Positions 35,301-44,844 of a stretch of DNA of 64,000 bases are shown piece after piece (the stretch's first letter is position 1; each line of letters opens with the position of its first letter). The notes under the pieces were generated by a model, which did not search any database, had not been told where the DNA came from, and was given only the letters and a program-made list of their open reading frames with translations. The position numbers and the translations under genes were made by a program. This stretch comes from Alloascoidea hylecoeti (Eukaryota): positions 62,001-126,000 of the forward strand of contig BCKZ01000019.1 of the NCBI GenBank assembly GCA_001600815.1, given 5' to 3'.

Positions 35301-35653
35301 TGTTGTGAATCAATACCGAACACTCTATCGAAAGTAAAGGTGCCCGTGAAGTCTTGATCCTGGGTCGCAATACGGCAAGTATCCTCCGAAACAAATTCGA
35401 CTACCTGGGTGCTGTTGGCTTCCACCTCTCTGGAATTTGGGGGTCTAAATCGAGCTATGACTTTTATGTGGCTCTGCGTCGCCCCGGCCGTGGGCACCCC
35501 TGGACTAGGGATCCCTGGGCTGGCCACTGCGGGACTAGGCGGTGGAATGGAGGAGGGCAGAGGTGAGGGAGACGGCAAGGGAGGTGCACCCCCTTTCTGT
35601 CGCGATGAGGGCGTTCCTAAGACGGAATGGGGTCTTTTGGGAGCGCGCGACAT
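32363..35653 (-). CDS. Conventional kinesin-1 heavy chain (fungal KinA/Nkin type)
   Basis: [59 protein letters not shown], coiled-coil stalk, IAK-like tail [10 protein letters not shown]. Confidence 0.95.
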   Translation of the reverse strand: [1096 protein letters not shown]

Positions 35654-35735
35654 CAAATTTCCAACTGGACTTGAATGTTAATAAATCCACGTAAAGGTAA
35701 TTTAATTTTATATAGCTTTGTTCGCTGGTCGCGTG

Positions 35736-35742
35736 TTACCCG
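35736..35742. promoter_or_regulatory. Reb1-like site TTACCCG in the divergent kinesin/GCD6 promoter
   Basis: Exact consensus. The same motif occurs in the AUR1/BYE1 promoter (41607-41614) and the RPL14 promoter (44224-44230). Confidence 0.5.
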
Positions 35743-35846
35743 GAAACCCATACATCAGAAATAGCATTTTTAATTTTTAATTTTAATGGTAAATTTCCAA
35801 GTTATATTTCTATTAAGACCAATTGCTGTACATTGAAACTGAAAGA

Positions 35847-38006
35847 ATGGCCGGAAAGAAGAAGGATCCTCTTGAAGGAGAAGAAGTATGCTCCATACCC
35901 ATTCATTTTGCTGTTTCGTGTGTTTTTGCCATACTGATCATATTATATTAGAGACTACAAGCTGTGTTACTCACAGACACATATCTAACCAGATTTGATC
36001 CTTTGACCAAATACACTCCAAGATGTTTATTGCCACTTGCGAATGTCCCTTTACTAGAATACACCCTTGAATTTCTGGCGACTGCAAATATTGATGAGGT
36101 TTATCTAATGATTCATACACAAGCTCATGATAGAGCAATTAAAAATTATCTTGAGTCATCCAAATGGCATAACACCCATTTGTTCAAAATTCATCGAATG
36201 GTTTCTCCAGAATCTTCATCTGTCGGTGATGCTCTTCGTGATTTGGATTCAAAGGGACTCATTACAAAAGATTTTTTACTGCTTAGTGGTGATGTCGTAA
36301 CAAATATGTCTTTTGAAAAAGTTTTAAAAGCTCATAAAGATCGTAAATCAAAGGATAAAAATGCAATTGCAACCATGGTACTTAAACAAGCTTCTTCAAT
36401 ACATAGAGCACGTTCAAGAATAGAATCTGGAATTTTTATATTAAATAAAGAAGGAAGATGCTTACAGTATGAGCCATCATCATTAAATTCTTCTTCTTTA
36501 ATAATTGATCCAGAAATTTTAAATGAACATGATACTTTAGAACTACGAAATGAATTAATTGATTGTCGTATTGATATTTGTTCACCTTTGGTACCTCAAC
36601 TCTTCACTGAAAATTTCGATTATGATGATTTAAGATCCGATTTCGTAAAAGGTATATTATCTTCGGATTTATTAGGTAAAACTATCTATACCTATATTTT
36701 AACTGATGATTATGCTGCAAGAGTTGATTCTCAACAAACTTATGATGCTATAACAAAAGATATTGTGTCCCGTTGGGCTTTCCCAATTGCTCCTGATGCA
36801 AATTTACTTCCAACACAAACTTATAAACATTCAAGAGGTCATATCTATAAAGAAGATGGTGTTAAATTGAGTTTTGGTTGTCATATTGAATCATGCACCG
36901 TTATTGGGGAAGGTTCGTTCATAGGTACTGGATCAAGAGTGAAAAATAGTATAATTGGAAGAAATTGTAACATTGGTGAAAATGTCATTTTGGAGAATGC
37001 TTATATTTGGGATGACGTTAAAATTGGTAATAATTCTAAAATTTCTTATTCAATTGTTGCAAATGGTGTTCACATTGGGACTAATGTAGTTGTTCATGAA
37101 GCTTCTATAGTTGGATTTAATGTTAAGATAGATGATGATATAACGATTAAGAAAAGAACAAAATTAATTTTGGAAGAACCTGAAGAAAAAAAAGGAGATA
37201 ATTCCTCTTCAGATGATGAATATATAAATGAAAAAAGAGATGCTTCTATTGTTGGTCCAAATGGGCTTGGATTTGAATATTGTGAGAAACACATAAATGT
37301 GTTTGAAACCGATTCTACTTCAAGAGATTCAGATGAAGAAACAACATATACGAGAGATGATTTAGCTGATACCGGTCTTATTTATCAATTGGAAGATTTG
37401 ACAATTTCTGATGATTCAATTTCAACATTTGAATCTGCTCCTCGTCGTAGAAAGCCTCGTACATTAAGTGGTACTAGCGCTTCTGCATATTCGGCTGAGG
37501 AAGATGATTTTGAAGATGAGAGTTTCGATAAAGAAGCTATTGCATCTTTAAATAGAGCAATGGATGAAAATCATGATATAGATGTTGCAGTTTTGGAAAT
37601 CAATACTTTAAGAATGGCAATGAATGTGGATTATGATGAAGTCAGGGAAGCTACTGTAAGAGCATTACTAATACGAATATCACATTTCATAGAAACAGGT
37701 ACCTTAGAAATAAAAGAAGCTTCTCAGAAAGTGTTACGACATTGGTCTATATTATTTAAAAGACAAATTTTTAAAGAAACAGATGAGGTACACTTGTTAA
37801 ATTTATTTGAACAATATTGCCGTGAAATTAACCATGGTAAAGGGATTCTTTTTTTTGTCATAGATATTCTATATGATTTAGAGATTGTACAAGAGCAAAA
37901 TATTTACAAATGGTTCGAGACTTGTGACAAAACAGAGGTTTCTAAGGCAGTTGTTGAATTTGTTGAATGGTTACAAAATGCTGAGGAGGAAAGTGATAGT
38001 GAATAA
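35847..38006 (+). CDS. GCD6: eIF2B epsilon subunit, 2 exons (35847-35885, 35952-38006)
   Basis: MAGKKKDPLEGEE|RLQAVLLTDTY..RF.PLT...PRCLLPLANVPL, hexapeptide repeats, W2 domain FVEWLQNAEEES. Intron GTATGC..TACTGAT..TAG. Confidence 0.96.
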
Positions 38007-38305
38007 ATTAGAAATATATCTTGCTTGTTATAGTATAAAGATACTTTATATTTTATGTTTATTACATGACAATTCATATTTTCACTGAGCTATATAGGTA
38101 ACCTTAGCTTATGATGAATTATATATACCTACATAGATCTAGAGATTTCTATCGGAATCAAACTGTTACAATTGGTAATAGAAATTTGCAGACTACTCCG
38201 AAGTGCATTGTTAATTTATCGAACTAGAAGTAGAGTTTTCTGAACGTTTTGATATATACATATAAAATTGAGATATATTTTCTAGTCTTTAGAAATAGCG
38301 AATGG

Positions 38306-39268
38306 CTACCAATTTCCCAAGGTATTTGAATATTCATTTATATTGTTTAATATATCTGTTTCCATATTGGTGAATTCAACGACTTGGAGATTGCTTTCAA
38401 TTCTTGAAGGAGTACTGCTTTTTGGTAATACAACAACACCTTTTGATAGAGCCCAGGAAATAAGAATTGTAGCAGGATCAACATTGTAGTGGTCACCAAT
38501 AGTTTTAATGATTTCATGATTTATAAGTGGAAAATATCTTGGGCCAAGTGATGAGTAAGCTTGCAGAATGATATTTTGTTCCTTACAATATTGTAACAGC
38601 TCAGGTTGTTGAAATAGTGGGTGCAATTTAGTCTGATTAACAGCAGGCTTGATATTTGTGGATGGAGCTTCTATTAATTTCTTCAAATATTTAACTGAAA
38701 AGTTAGAAACCCCAATAGCTTTAGTTTTACCGGATCCAACAAGTTCTTGCATTAGGTCGTAAGTTTTAATATAATTAAGGTCGGATGTATTATTAGAGAC
38801 CCCTTTCATAAATGAAGGATATTTAACATATTCATGATGATAGATAGTACCAGTTGCAACCGGAAGATGCATAAGGAAAAGATCAACATAGTCAAGACCC
38901 AACTTTTCCAATGATTCGTCAAGCGCTTCTTTTGGGTGGCCATAATTCTTACGCGTTAACTTCGTGGTAACAAATATTTCTTCTCTAGGGACTCCGGAAT
39001 CTCTAATGGCATTACCAATTCCTATCTCATTGGAATTGATCGCATCCGCATCAATATGTCTATATCCCGTTCGAAGCGCCACTAAAACAGCGGTATAAGC
39101 ATACTCATCAGAAGCTCGACATGTGCCTAAACCAATGGCAGGGATGATCTGGTCCGTATTAAGTTTGTATGTTGTGGTACAGCTACAATTGAGTTAATTA
39201 GATTAGTTATAGCGAGACACCGGAGATATCAAATGTAGTTGAACAGACAGTTGGGCCTCGGAATTCAT
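38306..39268 (-). CDS. Aldo-keto reductase (Gcy1/Ypr1-like) with degenerate active site, 2 exons (39268-39249, 39182-38306)
   Basis: A 66-nt intron (GTCTGT..AACTAAT..TAG) restores MNSEAQL-CTTTYKLNTDQIIPAIGLGT. Motifs GYRHID, REEIFVTTKL, LGLDYVDLFLMH, KAIGVSNF, LPKSSTPSRIESN. Confidence 0.85.
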
Positions 39269-39753
39269 TTTAGAGATTTCAAGAAGATTTATTATGAATA
39301 ATAATCTAATGATGATTCCAAAAAGAATCAATCTGTATTAATTGCGGGTAACGAATTTCGAATTCAATCACTGACAACGTTTATTATGAATAATATTATG
39401 ATGCGCAGCCGTATGTCCCCGAAAAACCTTGATTCCGATCTACCAATACCTGCAGTTATCCTATAAACTTTATAAAATCTTCAACAGACAAACTATAGTT
39501 ATTAGAATCGTATAGATTTTGTTCAGAACAAGTTTTAAATGAATTGAAATCATTGCAATTGTGATATTTGGAATAAAGTTCTATAATTTATATACTCTTA
39601 CGTGGAACTGTATTGCTTTGTATTGCTTAAGGAAGTTAAGGTCAAAATATAAGAGTTATAAATATTTAACATATAATTATATAAACAAGGAATAGAAAAA
39701 AGTGATAATGAAGAAGAAAAAGAAAAAGTAAAAGAAAATGAAAATAAAATAAA

Positions 39754-39951
39754 AAAATGAAAATGAAAATGAAAATGAAAATGAAAATGAAAATGAAAAT
39801 GAAAATGAAAATGAAAATGAAAATNAAAATGAAAATGAAAATGAAAATGAAAATGAAAATGAAAATGAAAATGAAAATGAAAATGAAAATGAAAATGAAA
39901 ATGAAAAAAAAAATGAAAATGAAAATGAAAATGAAAATGAAAATGAAAATG
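39754..39951. repeat. (GAAAAT)n hexamer microsatellite containing an N at 39825
   Basis: About 32 near-perfect units read directly. The N suggests an unresolved length or a contig join. Confidence 0.97.
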
Positions 39952-40144
39952 CGAAACGTCTGAACAAAACAATAAGTGCATTTTGCAGAAATAATGTTTG
40001 TATGTAACTATGTAGTTAAAAAAAAGTACGATTGTAGTTTTATTCCTGTATCAAGATTGTTATATATAAAGAATATATGATTTTAATATTTTGTCTTTGT
40101 TTTCATTGATTGTAACCTAATTAATAGGAGTCAAATATTGGCGA

Positions 40145-41506
40145 CTAATGTTCTTCTTTGTGTGGTGTAAGAGGATACAAAGATGGGACAGCATTTGAAC
40201 CTTCAATTGTTTCTACTAAAGATAGCGGTACACTTGAAGCGCTTGAAGATCTTGTGGTTGATCTATCATCAAATAAAGAGGAAATTGTTGAAGATGAAAC
40301 TGATGTGCTTGCACTATGTGAACCATAAGATCTTGGGTGTCTATTAATATTCATACCCTGAGGTGACGTCAAGTTGGGAGATACTAAGGTCGGTAACATT
40401 TCAAATTCATAATCCCTGTTGAATTCTTGGGAATTTTCAAATCCTGATTTTTTTGTTAAATATGATAATGATGGTGATAAAGAATCATACTCAAGACTTG
40501 TGTAAGACCATCTACTAAAATGATTTGATGTTATTTTTGGTAAAATTGTGAATTTCGTAAAATAAAAAACTGAAAATGATAATATTGCGCCACCAATTAA
40601 ATCAATAAAATAATGATGAGTTAAATACATTGTGCTCCACCATATCCATAAAACATAGCATGTAACATATGGAATTGATCGAGGAAAAACATATGACATA
40701 AATAATGCCTCCATTACTGCACAACCTGAGTGAAGAGAGGGAAATGCACCAAAGACCATTGGTGAAACATTAAAGGATTTGGTATACATTTGTAACCCCA
40801 GAATATCATCAATTCGAGCTAACCCACCGGGGGATCCAGGAACCGAATAATTTGCAGGAGCGAGGCCATGTAAGTTTTTATACCACGGTGGAGCAGCAGG
40901 GAAAAATATTTGCATAAGCACTCCAAAAAAATTCATGAATCCAAATGCAAACCCGTAAGCTCTTAACGATTTAGGAGGTGCAAATAAGAAAATGACACCA
41001 GCGAGCACAAACGGAGCTCCGAAATGAACAAGGCCATATGGAATCCAGGCTAGAATATCTAACAATGGACATGTATAAGAAGCCAACACATTACTTAGAT
41101 TCCCTCCATAAAGAATAGTTTCGATGGCCGGTAGCACCCGCACATGTATGTTTGGCCTCCATGAGTCCGGAATGAACTGAGAAGAGTAGAACAATATCAA
41201 CCACAAAAAAATTGGCATTGCCGGCCAGAAAAACTGCGATGTTATTGGCGTCAACACCGATCCAAGCAATAGCACTACCAGGATCAATCGAATAACGAGA
41301 GGAGGGTTGCGGATGATTGATATTCCAAAGAGAAATGAGCAGCCCATAATGACATACTGCAGGTCAAAAACTGTATATCGATGGGCTTTTAGTTTCTTGA
41401 TTGTTACTCTAACATCCAGGGAAGTCTCAAGGTCTGGCAAAGTAGAGCCAGTTGGTTTTCCTGCCAGAAAATATGAGGCAAATTGTCGGCAGATCCCATT
41501 CATCAT
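40145..41506 (-). CDS. AUR1: Inositol phosphorylceramide synthase
   Basis: ITSQFF, VRVLPAIETILYG, WIPYGLVHFGAPF, PAAPPWY, GSPGGLARID, FGAFPSLHSG, TMYLTHHYFIDL. Confidence 0.96.
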   Translation of the reverse strand: MMNGICRQFASYFLAGKPTGSTLPDLETSLDVRVTIKKLKAHRYTVFDLQYVIMGCSFLFGISIIRNPPLVIRLILVVLLLGSVLTPITSQFFWPAMPIFLWLILFYSSQFIPDSWRPNIHVRVLPAIETILYGGNLSNVLASYTCPLLDILAWIPYGLVHFGAPFVLAGVIFLFAPPKSLRAYGFAFGFMNFFGVLMQIFFPAAPPWYKNLHGLAPANYSVPGSPGGLARIDDILGLQMYTKSFNVSPMVFGAFPSLHSGCAVMEALFMSYVFPRSIPYVTCYVLWIWWSTMYLTHHYFIDLIGGAILSFSVFYFTKFTILPKITSNHFSRWSYTSLEYDSLSPSLSYLTKKSGFENSQEFNRDYEFEMLPTLVSPNLTSPQGMNINRHPRSYGSHSASTSVSSSTISSLFDDRSTTRSSSASSVPLSLVETIEGSNAVPSLYPLTPHKEEH

Positions 41507-41714
41507 TGACTTTAATAAAAATGGAGTAATAATACTTTATAGCTACTTGAGAATAACTCCGGATCCGTACTTGCATTATGCATACAAGGTTACACGTGAT
41601 GATGCTCCGGGTAATAAACGTCGTTTATTGTCGTGCAGAGTTGATAATTATATTTACTGTGTACCTACAGAATATTATACTGATATTTAGCTTGTTAAAT
41701 ATACTTTTTATAAA

Positions 41715-42983
41715 ATGAATCAAACTGAGAGAAGATCCAAAAGATCAAATAAAGGAACACACTCCTTCCTTGAGCGGGAGCGACAAAGAGAAAGTGAGCT
41801 TGTTTCACAATGGACTATAAAGAACAAAAGAACCAAAACAGATCAAACACATACACACAAAATATTAAAACGAGCGCACGTAGAAGCAAAAACTGACAAA
41901 GCAATTGACAGTGATATACATACAGAATACACTACAAGCGAAGGAGTTGTTAGGTGTGTTTGTGTCCCGGAGGATTTAGACCATATTGATAATGAAAATC
42001 TCTTATGGTTAGAATGTGAAAGCTGTACGACTTGGCAACACTCTTACTGCATTTTAGGGATAAATGATGAAGCTCATTTACCTAAATATTACCAATGTCA
42101 CAATTGTAACCCATCAAATTATCCCAATGGTTCATACTTAACATTTTTAAAAAATACACTGAATACCGTTCCTAAACCCATCTCAGACTCAGGTTGTGGT
42201 ATTATTCCTGCACAACTTTCGATTGAAGAATCGTTAGCAACACACCTTTTTAAAATCAAAAACAGCATACGAAAAACTGTTATTCTTGCTATCTATGCTG
42301 CTCTAATACAAGTCACACTCCCACAATCATTTATAGAATTAAATCCAGAGTTTGCAAGGGATTATGCAATACAGGTTGAAAATGAACTTTATAACGATAC
42401 GCACGCTAGTGGTGATGACACCCCTAATTTAAAATATAAAAATATTTTTAAGATTATGTTACTGAACTTGAGGAATAAAAAAAATAATGGACTAAAGAAC
42501 GGGATAATTAATAATGAAATTTCCCCAAGCCAATTGTTGAATAAATATTTTCATCACCTTTCGCAATTGCAAGACTTTAGATTAGAAGCCCAGCAACTGG
42601 AGGTCCCCTTAAATAACTCCACAATAAATATGAATGAAATTGACATTACTCGAATTAACAGCCATGGGCATAATAATCCATCTGGGGACAAATCCAAAGT
42701 CCAAAAATTAGATGCATTGAACCTTATGATGGCTTCTCCACATCAAAGCACTATCTATTGCAATTCAAACACTACAATAACTGAATCAGAAGCATCATCT
42801 CCTTCTTCATTAACAAGTAACATAAAGCATGCAATTATATCATTACCCTCAACGGTAACTAAAGAAGACTTTATGCATAATGATATTTATATTAAGGATG
42901 TTCATGATCATGAACAACATTCCCCAAAGTTGAATATTAATTTGACAATAAACCCAAACACCATTGACGTTTCTCATCATTGA
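41715..42983 (+). CDS. BYE1: Bye1-like PHD finger + TFIIS-central-domain protein (no SPOC domain evident)
   Basis: N-terminal RRSKRSNKGTH; PHD GVVRCVC..WLECESCTTWQHSYC..YQCHNC; TFIIS-M-like VENELY..YKNIFK..LLNLRNKKN. Position between AUR1 and RPL14 supports orthology. Confidence 0.8.
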   Translation: MNQTERRSKRSNKGTHSFLERERQRESELVSQWTIKNKRTKTDQTHTHKILKRAHVEAKTDKAIDSDIHTEYTTSEGVVRCVCVPEDLDHIDNENLLWLECESCTTWQHSYCILGINDEAHLPKYYQCHNCNPSNYPNGSYLTFLKNTLNTVPKPISDSGCGIIPAQLSIEESLATHLFKIKNSIRKTVILAIYAALIQVTLPQSFIELNPEFARDYAIQVENELYNDTHASGDDTPNLKYKNIFKIMLLNLRNKKNNGLKNGIINNEISPSQLLNKYFHHLSQLQDFRLEAQQLEVPLNNSTINMNEIDITRINSHGHNNPSGDKSKVQKLDALNLMMASPHQSTIYCNSNTTITESEASSPSSLTSNIKHAIISLPSTVTKEDFMHNDIYIKDVHDHEQHSPKLNINLTINPNTIDVSHH

Positions 42984-43347
42984 GAGTTTTTATATTGCTT
43001 TACAGATACTTAGATTGACCACGATTTTATAGAAAAGTAGTATTTATTTAAGGTATAATAATATTCATTACATATTCGAATTCGTACAATAGATAGACAC
43101 TTGTAAATGTACTATATTGGAGCCTCACATTCTACAAATCGACGTATCACATTTTTATATTAATGATATGATTAAATGAGATGGAAATGTACAATTAAAT
43201 GAGCCTTTAAAAGCAAGTATGCAAGCATACAACTGAGTTAGAAAAAGGATTTGATGAGAATGTACTATAGCATAAAAAATATTATAACATTTGGTTTATA
43301 GAACAGATATATCAGACTAATCACTTCTTTGTCAATCATGATTTTAT

Positions 43348-44055
43348 TTATGCCTTGGCAAGAGCTTTGTTGAGGGCATATTTCTTTTGCTTCTTAAAAA
43401 CACCAACTTGGAATCGTTCAAAATCAGTCAACTGGCTTCTTCGTTCACGTTGAGCAATTTTCTTGGCCCATGAAGATGCAGCCCATTTCTTAGAAACATC
43501 AGATGCAGCCCATTTCTTTGCAATGATGACAGATCTAGCACCACGGGTAACATTTGGGACGGTTAAAGGTGTGAGGACAACGTGAGCCAAAGACAAGGCT
43601 TGGCGTGGGACTTCGGTAGCTGGACCATCAACCAAAACCTATTTATAAAAACGTTAAAAATACATCCAATAGTTATAATGTGTAACAATAAGATCAAGAC
43701 GTGGATTTAAAAGGAATGCATCATAATATAATTAAGCGTTTGATCAATAAGGCTGTGCAATGATAATCTTCAATTTTATTGTAAGCTTTTGAATTAATAG
43801 AAAATAAGCGGCCCTTGAAATAATATTTTGATATTTATATTATCCACGATCATACATGTCTAGTCGATTGCCTTTAAATCCATTTTTTCCTGATACTTGT
43901 TGTTATATGCATTGCAAACTTACTCTCTTGTGGTCGATAATCTCAACAATGACAGCCAACTTGCCAGAATAGGTACCCTTCTTGATAAGTACAACACGTC
44001 CGACTTCGACGAGTCTCCAGTTGGCGGCTTTAACTGTTGTGATGGATTCTGACAT
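43348..44055 (-). CDS. RPL14: 60S ribosomal protein L14 (eL14), 2 exons (44055-43924, 43638-43348)
   Basis: [51 protein letters not shown]; 285-nt intron GTAAGT..TAG. Confidence 0.97.
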
Positions 44056-44203
44056 TTCTAAATTGACGTAGTGTTGGTGTATACGATTAAAGATTTGATG
44101 AAATTAATAAGTGTTTGACAAAAGGAACTCTCAAAAAAAGTCGGTATTACCCAATGTGGTAATAATAGCTGAATCAAAGTCACAAATTAGCAAGGTGTTG
44201 GGT

Positions 44204-44230
44204 TAGCCCTAAGAAATATAAATTTACCCG
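44204..44230. promoter_or_regulatory. Tbf1-like (TAGCCCTAA = TTAGGGCTA) and Reb1-like (TTACCCG) sites in the RPL14/snoRNA-host divergent promoter
   Basis: Exact matches at 44204-44212 and 44224-44230. Tbf1 sites are known at Candida RP promoters and S. cerevisiae snoRNA promoters. Confidence 0.55.
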
Positions 44231-44357
44231 CACATGAGATCATATAAATTTTCTCAACACAATCTAAAACTCCTTCACCCAATATTCTTTTAATAAATTA
44301 TAGGGAAACTGTAAGTACAAAAGTTGCAGAATGATGTTGTTATTTGCTGAATTGTTT

Positions 44358-44466
44358 AATATAATGATGATTTAATTTGCGATTGAGTTCATATTGAGAC
44401 CGAAACATGCCTAGTTTCACTATGGATCATATGGAAATTGAGAACAACCTTCTCGTCTGATATATT
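44358..44466 (+). ncRNA. SNR87: Box C/D snoRNA, snR87-like (predicted 18S Am436-equivalent guide)
   Basis: C box ATGATGA 44364, D box CTGA 44457, terminal stem AATATA/TATATT. Guide TAATTTGCG (44373-44381), before D' TTGA, is antisense to conserved 18S CGCAAAUUA. Lies inside GTAAGT(44311)..TACTAAT..TAG(44532). Confidence 0.8.
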
Positions 44467-44628
44467 TAAAATAATTAATTATAATGGTTTTAATATAAAT
44501 TCTCAAGAAAATTTACTAATGTTTGGTACTAGTCTCTATAGTTGGATTTTTGGATTTGTGCTGTCTGTACAGTTTATGGTATGTTGATTTATTTTCCGAT
44601 CCGTTATTATATTATGACTTCTTAAGAA

Positions 44629-44715
44629 CATCTATGATGAAAAACTTTTGTCTGCTACTTAAAATTGAACTTTGTTATGAAATTTTTACAATTATCACCA
44701 AGATCGCTGATTATG
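44629..44715 (+). ncRNA. SNR24: Box C/D snoRNA, U24/snR24-like (25S Cm1437-equivalent guide)
   Basis: C box ATGATGA 44634, D box CTGA 44707. Guide ATCACCAAGATC is antisense to 25S GAUCUUGGUG; second guide TGCTACT is antisense to AGUAGCA. Perfect 15-bp flanking stem 44617-44631/44713-44727. Lies inside GTATGT(44579)..AACTAAC..TAG(44790). Confidence 0.88.
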
Positions 44716-44844
44716 TTCTTAAGAAGTTGATATAAAAATGAAGGTTCGAATTAACTTTCTTCTTTATTTCAACTAACTTGTCTATAATAGGATCACTTAA
44801 ATGCTGTAGACAGTATTCTTGTATAGTATTTCATATAACTAAAT

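Noticed and set aside
35350..35660. GC-rich island as a horizontally acquired insert
   Set aside because: It is in frame with a conserved fungal kinesin and GC declines gradually, with no boundaries or target-site repeats.
39195..39210. In-frame stops near the AKR 5' end as pseudogene lesions
   Set aside because: They fall inside a plausible 66-nt intron whose removal restores the frame.
39598..39981. ORFs encoding (FH)n, (FS)n and (MK)n peptides
   Set aside because: Translation artefacts of the (GAAAAT)n microsatellite.
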